Assembly: GCA_951406725.2 (NCBI GenBank)
Contig: OX597827.1
Span: forward strand, 4,774,001 to 4,838,000
DNA from: Octopus vulgaris
Lineage: Eukaryota
Direction of reading: 5' to 3'
Length of the DNA: 64,000 bases
The notes under the pieces were generated by a model that searched no databases, was not told where the DNA came from, and saw nothing but the letters and a program-made list of their open reading frames with translations. A program made the translations under genes and the position numbers. Shown here piece by piece: positions 51,540 to 62,823 of the stretch; positions within the stretch are counted from its first letter, which is position 1, and the number at the start of each line of letters is the position of its first letter.

Positions 51540-52174
51540 TGTGGAGTCATCCAATAAATGATGCAGTTTTTTCACTTGCTTGAACTAAAAAACAGAGTGG
51601 GGGTGGGATAAACTACCTGCATCAAGTTGCTATAAAAGCAGATCTTCGTTCATTTAGGATGTTTTTATCTGTTTGGTGGGATATGAAAAGTTTAGTCCAC
51701 TTTGAACTTTTAAACCCAAACCAAATGATAACAAAGAGATCGACTGTGAGCAGCTTGAGTGGCTTAAGTCAGCACTAGAAGGAAAATGATCATCTTTGGT
51801 TTCAAGACGAAAGGTGTTCTTCCACCGGGATAATGTTTGGCCATAAACAGTGAGGATGACATTCCAAAGGCTGGAGTAGTTTGAATGAGAAATAATGCCC
51901 CACCCACCATATTTGCCAGACATTACCCCATCTAATTATCATTTATTCTGCAGTCTTCAAAATCATTTGGATAGAAAAAATATGAATTATGTAGACGAGG
52001 GTAGAACTGTACTGAAGGAGTATTTTTCATTATAGACAAGTGAATTTCAGATGGAAGATCATTGTAGAAAATGAAGGAGAGTATGTTTTAGATTAAAAAA
52101 GGACTTTGTTTATCTTAATTTTGAAAAATAAAGGTTGTATGAAAAAAACTGCATTATTTATGGGATGACCCAAT
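51540..52174 (+). mobile_element. Internally deleted mariner (DD34D-type) relic
   Basis: TIRs gtcatccaataaatgatgcagtttttt / aaaaaactgcattatttatgggatgacccaata. Degenerate frame with WWDMKSLVHFELL, FHRDN and HPPYLPDITPSNYHLF. Confidence 0.88.
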
Positions 52175-53469
52175 ACAAATTTTATTGACAATTTTATTTC
52201 AGAATAGATATCTAACTGAAATTAAGAACCAACTAGATAATTAATCAATAATTAATTAAATGATGATGATGATTAAGTCAGGCTTGATCACAAGTCACAA
52301 TTATATATTTAAACTTAATATGAACACAGATAGACAGAACAGAATAAGAAAGGCAAAGGATTAAACATCAGAATAATGTGATAGGCAAGAAATACAAGAA
52401 CATAGTATCCATGAGGAATGTTTAAGCTACCAGATAATTAATGTATATAAAATGAAATAAGATATTTTCAGATAAATGAGGAGAAAACAAATTATTTGCA
52501 CCATTGCATGAGCAAAAAGGAAGAAATGAAAGAAATGCTTAATTTCTTGAACATGAATACATGCACAGTAAAGGCAGTAATGAAAGGAAGATACAAATGT
52601 TTTGTAGAGAGTATTCTCGATTAGACAAGAGCCAGTTTCGAAAAACCAATTAAAATTTCATTCAGTAGAACTGTACAACTCATAGATTAAATGTGACAGT
52701 GTAGCAGCCTCATTTGTATCCTGCCACCCCAAGTAACTATTATTCACTTTGTATTGCTATCAATGAGACGCACTTGAAGAATTTGTTTTCTTTTGCAATG
52801 TATTCTTTTCTTTTATCGCTTTATCATTTGGAATTTGAAATAAGAGTTCTCATAGGTGTTGCAAGGCTCAATTACTGAGGCGTGAAATCACACTTTGTGT
52901 TCATTCAATTGCTTTCCTTTGTAACAGTCCAATTAATCTCCCATTTAATGCTAAAATTAATCAAGTCATTTAAGGGGAAACTTTCAATTTAATATCTTTT
53001 AATAGATTTGCTTCTCTTGGAAGAAGAGATCTAATTGCGAATTCCAACTTTTGGTTCTTAAATTAAATACATTAAGAAATGTAAGAAATCAATTTAACTG
53101 CATTGATAATGTCCTTGGGAAGTGTATAAAGATTGCAACATCCCATTTCCCCACTCCTAAAACGCATAAGTTTGCTATGCTTAAAAAACAACAACAAAAA
53201 ACAAAAACAAACAAAAAAAGAAAATAAATGAAAAACTCAACTAATATTTTATTTATGTTATGCATAGTCAGTGGTTAAACTGCATCAGAAAGTTGATATC
53301 TGCTACCTAAGAAAGATACACTGCAGCGATTTTGTTACCTTCCTTCATTTCATGGTAGTATTTAATCCCCAAAGAGCAAGTTAATGAAGCACTCATCACC
53401 TCAACTGTCTCTTTGCTGATAACAGCACTGAACTGCACCCTTCCATTGTACCTATTTATAGTTGATGCA

Positions 53470-53858
53470 GTGGAGGCGCAATGGCCCAGTGGTTAGGGCA
53501 GCGGACTCGCGGTCATAGGATCGCGGTTTCGATTCCCAGACCAGGCGTTGTGAGTGTTTATTGAGCGAAAACACCTAAAGCTCCACGAGGCTCCGGCAGG
53601 GGATGGTGGTGATCCCTGCTGTACTCTTTCACCACAACTTTCTCTCACTCTTACTTCCTGTTTCTGTTGTACCTTGTATTTCAAAGGGCCGGCCTTGTCA
53701 CTCTCTGTGTCACGCTGAATATCCCCGAGAACTACGTTAAGGGTACACGTGTCTGTGGAGTGCTCAGCCACTTACACGTTAATTTCACGAGCAGGCTGTT
53801 CCGTTGATTCGGATCAACCGGAACCCTCGTCGCCGTAACCGACGGAGTGCTTCCATCC
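53470..53858 (+). mobile_element. SINE family A, in protocadherin intron 2
   Basis: Full-length copy. TSD atagttgatgca (53458-53469 / 53859-53870). Confidence 0.9.
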
Positions 53859-54021
53859 ATAGTTGATGCAATTGGTTGATAAAATTTAAACAGCTTTTCC
53901 AATCTGAGATCAGTATTTGTAAAAAGAATACAACTCTCCAATTAGTGCATTGAGAATGGAAACATTTTAAACAAAGTCTCTTTTATTTTTGAAAGCATAA
54001 GAATATACAAAAATAACTTAC

Positions 54022-54199
54022 CAGGTAATGTTTCATAGTGCGCAGTACTTGCTTCACTGCAGCCATGTCCACTGTCAGTTACAGAAGACATCGTTGACAT
54101 CTCACTGAAGCGGTCAGGGGACATAACCATATGTTGTTGATCTTTACCAATAAAACGTGTCACTGAGAATTCTTGAGGGTTACCATGCACCAAGTTACC
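54022..54199 (-). CDS. Protocadherin, coding exon 2 (cytoplasmic; GNLVHG...VTDSGHGCSEASTAHYETLP)
   Basis: Acceptor cttttgttctgattgacacag|GGT in phase 0, matching exon 1. 178-nt open frame with a DSGHG motif reminiscent of protocadherin cytoplasmic CM1. Donor CCTG|GTAAGT (plus acttac 54016-54021), phase 1. Confidence 0.88.
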
Positions 54200-55794
54200 C
54201 TGTGTCAATCAGAACAAAAGTCGATTTCTTTTGAGAAAAAACAAACTCAATAATTATATAGAAAATACTTTAGATGACTTAGCAAATCCCAATATATGTT
54301 AACGACCTGCATGAGTTAGACACAGTAAAGCTGGATTTAAACTTAGACCATGAAAAGATGTTTCTAAATACACCTAACGCTATGGGTTTCAAGAAACTTG
54401 AAATATGAAAACAAAAATCATCAATTATATATCATAAACACTGAAACTGTGTATTAAAACAAAGCTCAAAGGTGTATAAAACATTAAATAAACAAAAGAA
54501 GTAATTATCAGTGTCTTTTTCTACTTACTGCTCTCTAAGTTAAAAATCTGTTACATATTTGACTAGTTTTAATATAAGAATAAGAATTACACTTTGGCCA
54601 TTGTAGAAATATTAATTCAACTGAAAATTATATTTCAGTAAATGAGAAATATCGCTGGTTTTATATCTACACTGTCCCTCTTGGCATGGGTTAGACAAGA
54701 CTTGTTGATGCAATATTCTGCAGCCAGATGCCTTCCTTTCTTGTTTTACAGTTAAGGTATTTATTCCCATGCTTTTCCATACAGAGTGACTCAATGGCTA
54801 GACCTGTTTTAATAGCAAGTGTAAACAATGTCTCTGATTATGTAGTGGTATTGCATTATGCTTTAAGTGCATAAAAAATGCCAGGACATAGGAAGACATG
54901 ATCACATGTTCACATGTGGTAGGCTTTAACACAGTTTTCATCTACTAAATTTCATTCATTAAACATTGGTCAACCTGAGGCTATAGTAAATGGCACTTGC
55001 CCATGGTGCCATGTAGCAGAGATGAACCTGAAACAATATGATTTCAAAGCCACCTGCTTAACCACACAGTCATGTCTACAATTGAAATACCTTAAAAAAC
55101 AATTCAACAAACCACTGTTACTTATTCAAATAATCATCTTAGATTAATTGGCCTCTCTGACGTGGCACCACTTGCCATATAAATAATCAGTAAATCTTAT
55201 TCAATTCACACACTGCTGTTGAAGGAAATGAAGGACACATTGTTTAGTGTAATCTGAAATATATTATGTCTGCAAAAAGATAGGGTGGTGTACTGGAATG
55301 ATTTTCATCACAGGTATTCTCATCAGGATTGATAATGGGCTAAATAAACAACTTTTTAAAATATAAAGTTTAAAAATTACTTTCTCGTGATAATTTTTGA
55401 ATATTTTAAAAGATTTATGAAATAAGCTATGCACAAATGCTTCTTTCTTTCTAACTAATAAATACAATATTTTAATTAATTCACACATTTGTTTTCTTGG
55501 GATTTGCCTTGCATTTACTTCGCATTGTTCTGGCCTTACCCACGATCCTTTATACAATATTTAATCTTCTCCATACCAATAACTTCCAATGATCAAAAAT
55601 CTTAATATATAATTATAGTTCAGTCCACATACACCCAGCCTGTATTTCAAAATGGATCTCTTGAAGCATATAAATCTTCTGTCTACACTGCACACATTTT
55701 CCTGTTTTTAAACAAACATTTTCAATCTTGATACAATGTCACACTACCTTTATTTAATACTAATTTAATTATTTAGGTAGTATATATATACATT

Positions 55795-56008
55795 CTTTTA
55801 TTCTATTACTCTTTTACTGGTTTCAGTCATTTGACTGTGGCCAGGCTGGAATACTGCCTTTAGTTGAACGAATCGAACCCTGGTCTTATTCTTTATAAGC
55901 CCAGTACTTATTTATTGTTCCCTTTTGCTGAACTGTTAAGTTATGGGGATAAACACACCAAAATTGGTCATCAAGCAATAGGGGGACAAAAACAGACACA
56001 TAAATACA

Positions 56009-56065
<57 letters not shown>

Positions 56066-56217
56066 GACAGGCTTCTTTCAGTTTCTGTCTACCAAATCTT
56101 CTCACAAGGCTTTGGTCAGCCCGAGGCTAAAGTAGAAAACACTTGCCCAAAGTGCCATGCAGTGGGACTGAACCCAGAACCATATGGTTGGGAAGCAAGC
56201 TTCTTACCACACAGCCA
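55795..56217 (-). mobile_element. SINE family B, in protocadherin intron 1 (a further fragment at ~54925-55075)
   Basis: Reverse-complement family B layout with an internal (TA)n tract. Confidence 0.8.
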
Positions 56218-57636
56218 TCACAGTACCTCACATACTCATATTAAAAAAAAACAACAAAAAAGAGGTAAAATATAAACATCAAACTGTCTCTCATCATTAT
56301 AGCATCCAGAAAACAAGACTTTGGTAAGAAATTTTTGAAGAAATTTTTTCTCAAATCCTCATTATCCTTTTTCTGTTTTTCAATACGATTTTAAGATTAA
56401 GAAAGAAATGAATGTTTCTGATCTATCTTTAATGTGCATATAGGTTTGAAGCTGGTGTACTTCAACACCAAATACATTTTCTAATGCTATAACCACTCAA
56501 CTTACAGCTATAGACATAAAATAATGCCACTAGCAAGACTTAATTTCTTGGTTTTTTCATTTAGGTTCCTAAATACTATTTCCTTTAAATCTTTATATTT
56601 TTTAAGACTGTTGTATGAAATTAAGTACACTCTGAAATGGTTTTAAATATGGAACATTTGTAGATACCATTTCCTTTTGCTTCTAATTAGTGGAAATACT
56701 AGAATTATGCATTTCAGTGTGCAGCTTTTCCATCTAATTTTCCTCTCATCATCATAATCTGTGTTGAATATTATTCCTTATTATCTGTAATTTTCATCAT
56801 TTATCAACAGACATTTTACTTTTACTATTCAATATTGATTTCTAACATAAGCATCAAGCCTCACATTTAGGGAGTGGTGTATTTACTATTTAATGTTAAC
56901 AAAAATTTGTTCATCAAAAAGCATTTTTCTATTTTAAAATAATTAATTATATTTAATTATCTATGTCACTTGGCTTTTCATGCTATTGTCTAGCTATCTG
57001 GTGAATTACTTGATGTTTTTATTTTTGAAAATTCTAAAAGCATTCTATACAGCAATACTTTTTATAAAAGCTGTTCTGTTACATCAAATATGTTTATTTT
57101 CAAATAAAATAAAATGTTATTATAATATTCTTTTGAAATAAATTGAAAATGAATCTATTAATGAACTATCTGTGATATAAAACAGTCATTCTGAAACACA
57201 GAAATGTACATAGTGAAAAGTAGGGCACATATCCCTATCCACTTTATAGTATCAGCATATTATAGCATTATCTTTTTATATGAACAGTTATTATTATCAA
57301 ATTGTTCTCTGGGGAAATGTTAATTTCTGTTATATTCTCCACTCCTTTGTAAATCTGCTGTAGCTATTTGTTTCCCATCTGTCACATTCGGAGCTGATTC
57401 TTCAGCCAATATACTGATCAGCTGAATGATATATTAAGCACACCATCATTTCCACTGAAATAATTCCCTAATGGTTTATTAATTTTTTCCTCTCCAGAAG
57501 TTATTAATCCAGAAACAAACTCATGAATTTTTAATGCCCCAAGCAAATAAAGGTCTTCAAATATTTTATGAAATCTACAAGGAAATATTCTAAAGTGGAT
57601 AAATTATTAATATAAAGTAATTTTAAATGTGCTTAC

Positions 57637-60033
57637 TTGATAGGATTCTGGTGTTATATTTTGAAAATGTACTCCAGATGATGATCCTTTCCAACTCTGA
57701 CCAGGTTTATATATAGAATGAGGATCTCTTCTTAGTGAGCCTGTTTGAGTGTTTCTGACTTGTTTCTGATCAGATAAAATTCCTACTGGAACATCATATT
57801 TTGGTGATGCTTGTTCACATACATATCCTGATGGCCGTCTTTCACCGACAAAATCCTGGGCCACACCATACTGGTTTTCTTTTACATTCCGTTTGTGGAC
57901 AACACATACAATCACAGAAACTACAATAGCAACAGACACTATTACTGCAGCCACAACTATGATGATCATCAAGTTAATATGTATTCTGTTGTCTGATTCT
58001 GTGTCTTCAGGTTTGTCCATTCTGGCTGTTGTGTTGCTAACAGTTAGTGTCAAAGACAGTGTGGTGGTTGCTGATAAAACTGGTGTACCGCTGTCTTTGA
58101 CAACTAAATTTAAAGTATATAATCCAGCATCATTTTGGTAAACTGTACGAGAAAAAGACAGAAGTCCTGTGTAAGGGTTAACTTTGAATAAATGTTTGTC
58201 ATTGCCTTCAAGTATTTCATACTTGAGGAAGGCATTAACATGTTCATCTCTGTCAGAAGCTCTTAATGTTGTGATGACACCCTTGCTTTGTGGATGGTAA
58301 TAGACATACAGATTGAAAGGGTTAACACTAGGAAATGTGAAATATGGAACATTGTCATTTTTATCCATAACTTCAATAATTACATTGGCTTCGTTATTTA
58401 GTGGTGGTATTCCGTTATCTTTCACAAAAACCTTGAATTTATATATTTCTTGTTGTTCACGATCTAGAGATTGTGTTGTTGAAATAAATCCTAAATGGGA
58501 AATTTTAAAAGCATGGGTTTGTTTGCTATTTTCCAAGTGGTACATAAGTTTACCACCGGAATCCAAATCCTCGTCTGTTGCATTAATGAAACCAATAGGA
58601 AAATTTGCTTCTTCATTTTCATATGTGAAAAATGTAAAGATGTCTTTGATAAACTCTGGTTGAATATCATTAACATCATCTACTTGAATAGAGAATTGTT
58701 TGGCTGTTTTTAAAGGTGGTGATCCTCTATCTTGGCAGACTATTGTGAAATCTATGTTGTTTTTTGTTTCTCTATCAATTGTTTTCTTAATTATCAACAT
58801 ATACTTCTTTCTCCCATGATTCTTAAGCTGTAGTTTATCATGATGAAGGTGACAGCTAATTTCACCATTTTCGCCAACATCATTATCAGTGACCTTTACA
58901 TACGCAATAAAACTATCAACTTTTACTCCCTCTGAAATACTGGGTGAATCTCCAGCTGATTTTGATATAAAGCTGATATCTATATCAGGCGGATTATTCT
59001 CTTGACTATTTATATTCACTAAAACCATAGCAACTGAGCTCAAAGATGGATTTCCTCCATCCTTGGCTTTAACAAATAATTTATATGTCCTTTTTGATCC
59101 AGGTGGAAACTTTTGAAGTTGCCAGATTTCTCCTGTTGATTCATTTAATTTAAAATAGGCTCTGGCACTCTCTGATGTTTTGGAACTGAACTGGTACATT
59201 ACTTTACCATTTTTACCAGAATCTAAGTCAGTTGCTGACAAAGTGACTATAGGCATTGATCTTTGATAACCATCTTTAATAGAAACATTGTAAATATTTT
59301 GGGAGAAGATAGGGGAATTGTCATTTTCATCTCGAACTGTTATTTGAATATTTAGAACACCTTCTTTAGGGGGATGGCCACCATCTTTTGCAATAACTTG
59401 AAGTTGATAAGAATCTTTTAATTCTCTATCAAGTTTTTCTCGTAAAATAATACCAAGTTTGGAAGTACCATCCATATTTTTTGAAACTGATAAGGTGAAA
59501 AGATTACTATTATTGTTCTTTAGGAAGTATGATATCTGTGAATGCAGCAATCCTATATCTCTGTCAATGGCATTTGGAATAGCTTTCATCATACCTTCCC
59601 GATCACCTTCAGAAAATTCTAAATTTATATTTTTATTTAGAAACTCAGGTTGATGTTCATTAATATCCTGAATAACAATTTTTATTTCTAAAACTTCAAC
59701 AAAAGATTCTTTTTGATGAATTGCTACATCCACCATTCTAAAACATTCCATGTTATATTTACATAAGATTTCAGCATCAATTGTCTTAGCAGTGTAGAGT
59801 TTGCCAGTCTTAGTAACATTGAACAACTGAGAACTGTCAGTCTTTTCTCCTGGCAGTTGACTAAATGAGATAAAATTTCTGTATTTATTTAGAACATTGT
59901 CCCATAACTGTGCATCAGCAGCAATATTGGCAACAAGTGAATTTGAGGCTTGTCCATCTTTAACATAATAAGTAAGATTCACACAAAGAGACGAAGCTAA
60001 ACAAAATAGAAGTATGCATAACTCTAATTCCAT
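57637..60033 (-). CDS. Protocadherin, coding exon 1 (signal peptide, 6 extracellular cadherin repeats, TM helix, proximal cytoplasmic region; 799 codons)
   Basis: 808-aa ORF 57607-60033 with a hydrophobic N-terminus (MELELCILLFCLASSLC), cadherin motifs (DINEHQPEF, LDRE, AKDGG, DENDNSPIF, ATDLDSG, IDRE, DVNDIQPEF, DKNDNVPYF) and TM segment LMIIIVVAAVIVSVAIVVSVIVCVV. Donor CAA|GTAAGC (plus-strand gcttac 57631-57636) ends the exon in phase 0 after Q799. Upstream acceptor ttttcatttcag| puts the exon start at 60109. Confidence 0.96.
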
Positions 60034-60109
60034 GTTAATTTTACTGTGGCTTTTCCATCTGTGGAAAATATCAAGTTGAAATATTCTTTTGAAAATAATT
60101 GTATAATGT

Positions 60110-60137
60110 CTGAAATGAAAATTTAAAAGAAAGAAAG
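60110..60137 (-). promoter_or_regulatory. Splice acceptor/polypyrimidine tract ahead of the ectodomain exon, implying an upstream non-coding 5' exon
   Basis: Minus strand reads ctttctttcttttaaattttcatttcag|acattatac, 76 nt upstream of the ATG at 60033. Confidence 0.6.
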
Positions 60138-62521
60138 CATGTATAAATTTGTTGTAAGATTCAAATCAAATTATGTATTAACTTTTTAAACAATTATTTT
60201 CCTTGCCTCACAAAAACAACTTCCAATTAATACTTTCATGTATCGTCATGAAACATTAATTTGCTGCCACGCTGAGGCTGGTTATTCATAAGGACATATA
60301 ATTTGTACATGCCAAAAAGCACACATACATGTGTGCATGTAAATATTTATGTGTGTGTGTGTTTACACACACACATATATATTTGTGTGTATGCATGAAC
60401 TTGTACGTTTGTATATAAACAATTATATTGTGGAAGAGACAATTTAGCTATTTAAGAACACAAACTATTATGTTCATTTTTAGTTTATTTCTAATGGTAT
60501 ATTCTATTATAGATTGTAATAATAAACTGTATTAACAAGAAATAAATGCAAATGAGGCTAAAATGACCCTTTCATGGTGTAATTGTTTCAGTTTCAATAG
60601 ACACTCTGATAAGATCAGTTGCAAAACAAGTACAGTGCCAACGCACACATGCGCACACATGCACACGCACACACATGCATAAATAGAGAGGAGTCAAAAA
60701 TGTGTTTGTAACGTAATAAATGTAAATATATTAATTATCAGAAATTAAACATTTTATTTCATTTCTAATCTTGTTGCAGGATTTTATGTGTAGATTATTG
60801 CCAGTTTTATTGTTATATTCATGGAAGATGTAATCATAATTTGTTACAGTGTTCTTAGAAATATCTCTGATCATAGCCATGTGCCAACTGAAGAATACAA
60901 TAGACACTCTTGCATGCTTTACTTTGCAGAAATAGAAGTAATTGAGGCTGAGGAAATGTAGATGAGGCATACTGCTGGATGGTGACGAGAACTCAAGAAT
61001 ATTTATATTTAATGTTTAGTACAATATTGCAGTAAATAAGTATAATTTATCTTCAAAATAAATTGAAATTTATTTCCTTTGTTCATAGAATTTCATAAAT
61101 TCTTTTACTCTATATTCTGATAAACAGCAATCCGCAAAAGACTGTTTTTAAATAATTGTTAATAGAGGAATCAGACAAAACAAATTATATTTATATCATT
61201 ATTGGTTCATCAAGTTTATTCTATTATTGTTTTAGATTGTCTGTTTTGCTCATGGGTATATCATTATGACAAATTAAAATTGTCACCAAATTGGTTTTAT
61301 TCCATTGTGTCAATATTTGGCACTTCTTTGCTCTCTCATTTTTTACATTATTTTACTCTTTCTCTCTGTCTTTGTTGTTGTTCCATTATTTACAAAGAAA
61401 ATATCTTTTCTTTCTTTTTTTTTTTACAAATAACTGTTCCAGAACAAAAGGTTTCCATGTTCCATTTTTAGTTCTTGATAATTATAATTCTAGCATTTTA
61501 TGATGAAAATAATAATTCAAAAATAGAAAGAAAAGTGCTATTGAAAAGCTTTACTGTTGTTATGAAGAACAATACTAGTCTCTGGTTCTTATATTCCACA
61601 TAGATATCTTTAGAGAATAAAAAGAAAACAGAAAAATATATAAACAGTCACAAACACTAAACAAATGAAAAAAAAAAGGTAATTTAATTATATCTGAGAT
61701 AAACCAAGCCACATAAAGTATTCCTCTGTTGAAACTTTAATTGAATTTTGATGGGAGTAACAAAAAGAATTACAATACAATAATGCAAAACAAATCTTAA
61801 AAGTAAATTGAGTTGTATTTCTTTTTTTTAGACTAATTAAATATTTTCTCAATTTTTCCTCTCATTTTGAAGCCAAACATATTCCTCGTGATCAATGAAA
61901 TGTGTCGCTTTGTTCAATAACTGACCTATTGATTACAAGAAAAATTAGTTGAAATTTCTAAAGAAAAGACATCAATATTTTCTCTTAATCTTTAGTGAAT
62001 AAAATTTTCAGACATAAAACCAATACAACATCACAAATTGTCAGTTTTCATCTTTCTTTAAACTAATTTATCATTCAATACACAAATACTGCCAGAAATA
62101 AAAGCTTACTTGATATATATATATGAAACAGATATTAAAACTCACATAATTCTTCTAGTGTCTAATCTTGCAGATATAACACATATAAACATTTACATAA
62201 AAGAAGCAATATTAAATTTTCTTCTACTATCTTACACATACATAGACTGCAAAATGATTGTAAGAAATATGTTGTATGCGGATAGGTATCAAATGAAATA
62301 AATATTGGTTTAGCTGTATTTAATAAGAGTATGTGTTGTATATATGTATATTTATTGAATGCATATGTATGTAGGTATAAAACTGTGCAGGTGTCGATTA
62401 ATATCTCTCCTCTCTTGACCTCACTCTCTCTAACATACATACATAATTATATAGATATGAGTGTATGTATATATATATATATATATGGAGAAGATTGAAA
62501 AGTAACACACGAGTTGATATA

Positions 62522-62823
62522 TATGGAAAAAAGAGTCAAGGTAGAGAATGCTAAAATTATTTTATAAAAAGCATTTCAGTACCGGTTTCAATCAAACCCA
62601 CAAGAGTAAACAAGAGAGACAGAGACAGGCAGATACAAGGAAAATGCCCCTTGTATTTGATTACTATGCAAATATTCTTTAAAAAAACATTTCTTTTAAT
62701 TTTTCCAAAATTTAATTGTTTTCCATACTTACAGTTGAAAAAGTCTCAATGGCTGAAACCGGTACTGAAAGGTTTTTTTATAAAATTACTTTAGCATTTC
62801 CTACCATGACTATTTTTTCCATA
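62522..62823. mobile_element. TA-microsatellite-embedded inverted-repeat element, probably Penelope-like-derived
   Basis: ~70-bp imperfect inverted arms (62522-62590 and 62754-62823), flanked by TA runs. Carries the hammerhead-like motif. Confidence 0.65.
62728..62771 (+). ncRNA. Candidate minimal type I hammerhead ribozyme (Penelope-type, U3:A8 variant)
   Basis: cttacag TTGAAAA agtc-tcaat-ggct GAAA ccgg TA ctgaaag. Stem I cttacag/ctgaaag (6/7), core UUGAAAA, 4-bp stem II, GAAA, palindromic stem III ACCGGU, cleavage triplet GUA. Confidence 0.55.

Noticed and set aside
53470-56217. Inverted SINE pair flanking exon 2 that could drive circRNA formation
   Set aside because: The flanking SINEs belong to different families (A downstream, B upstream), with no extended complementarity seen.
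57893-59653. Plus-strand ORFs overlapping the protocadherin
   Set aside because: Antisense shadows of the cadherin reading frame, with no independent features.
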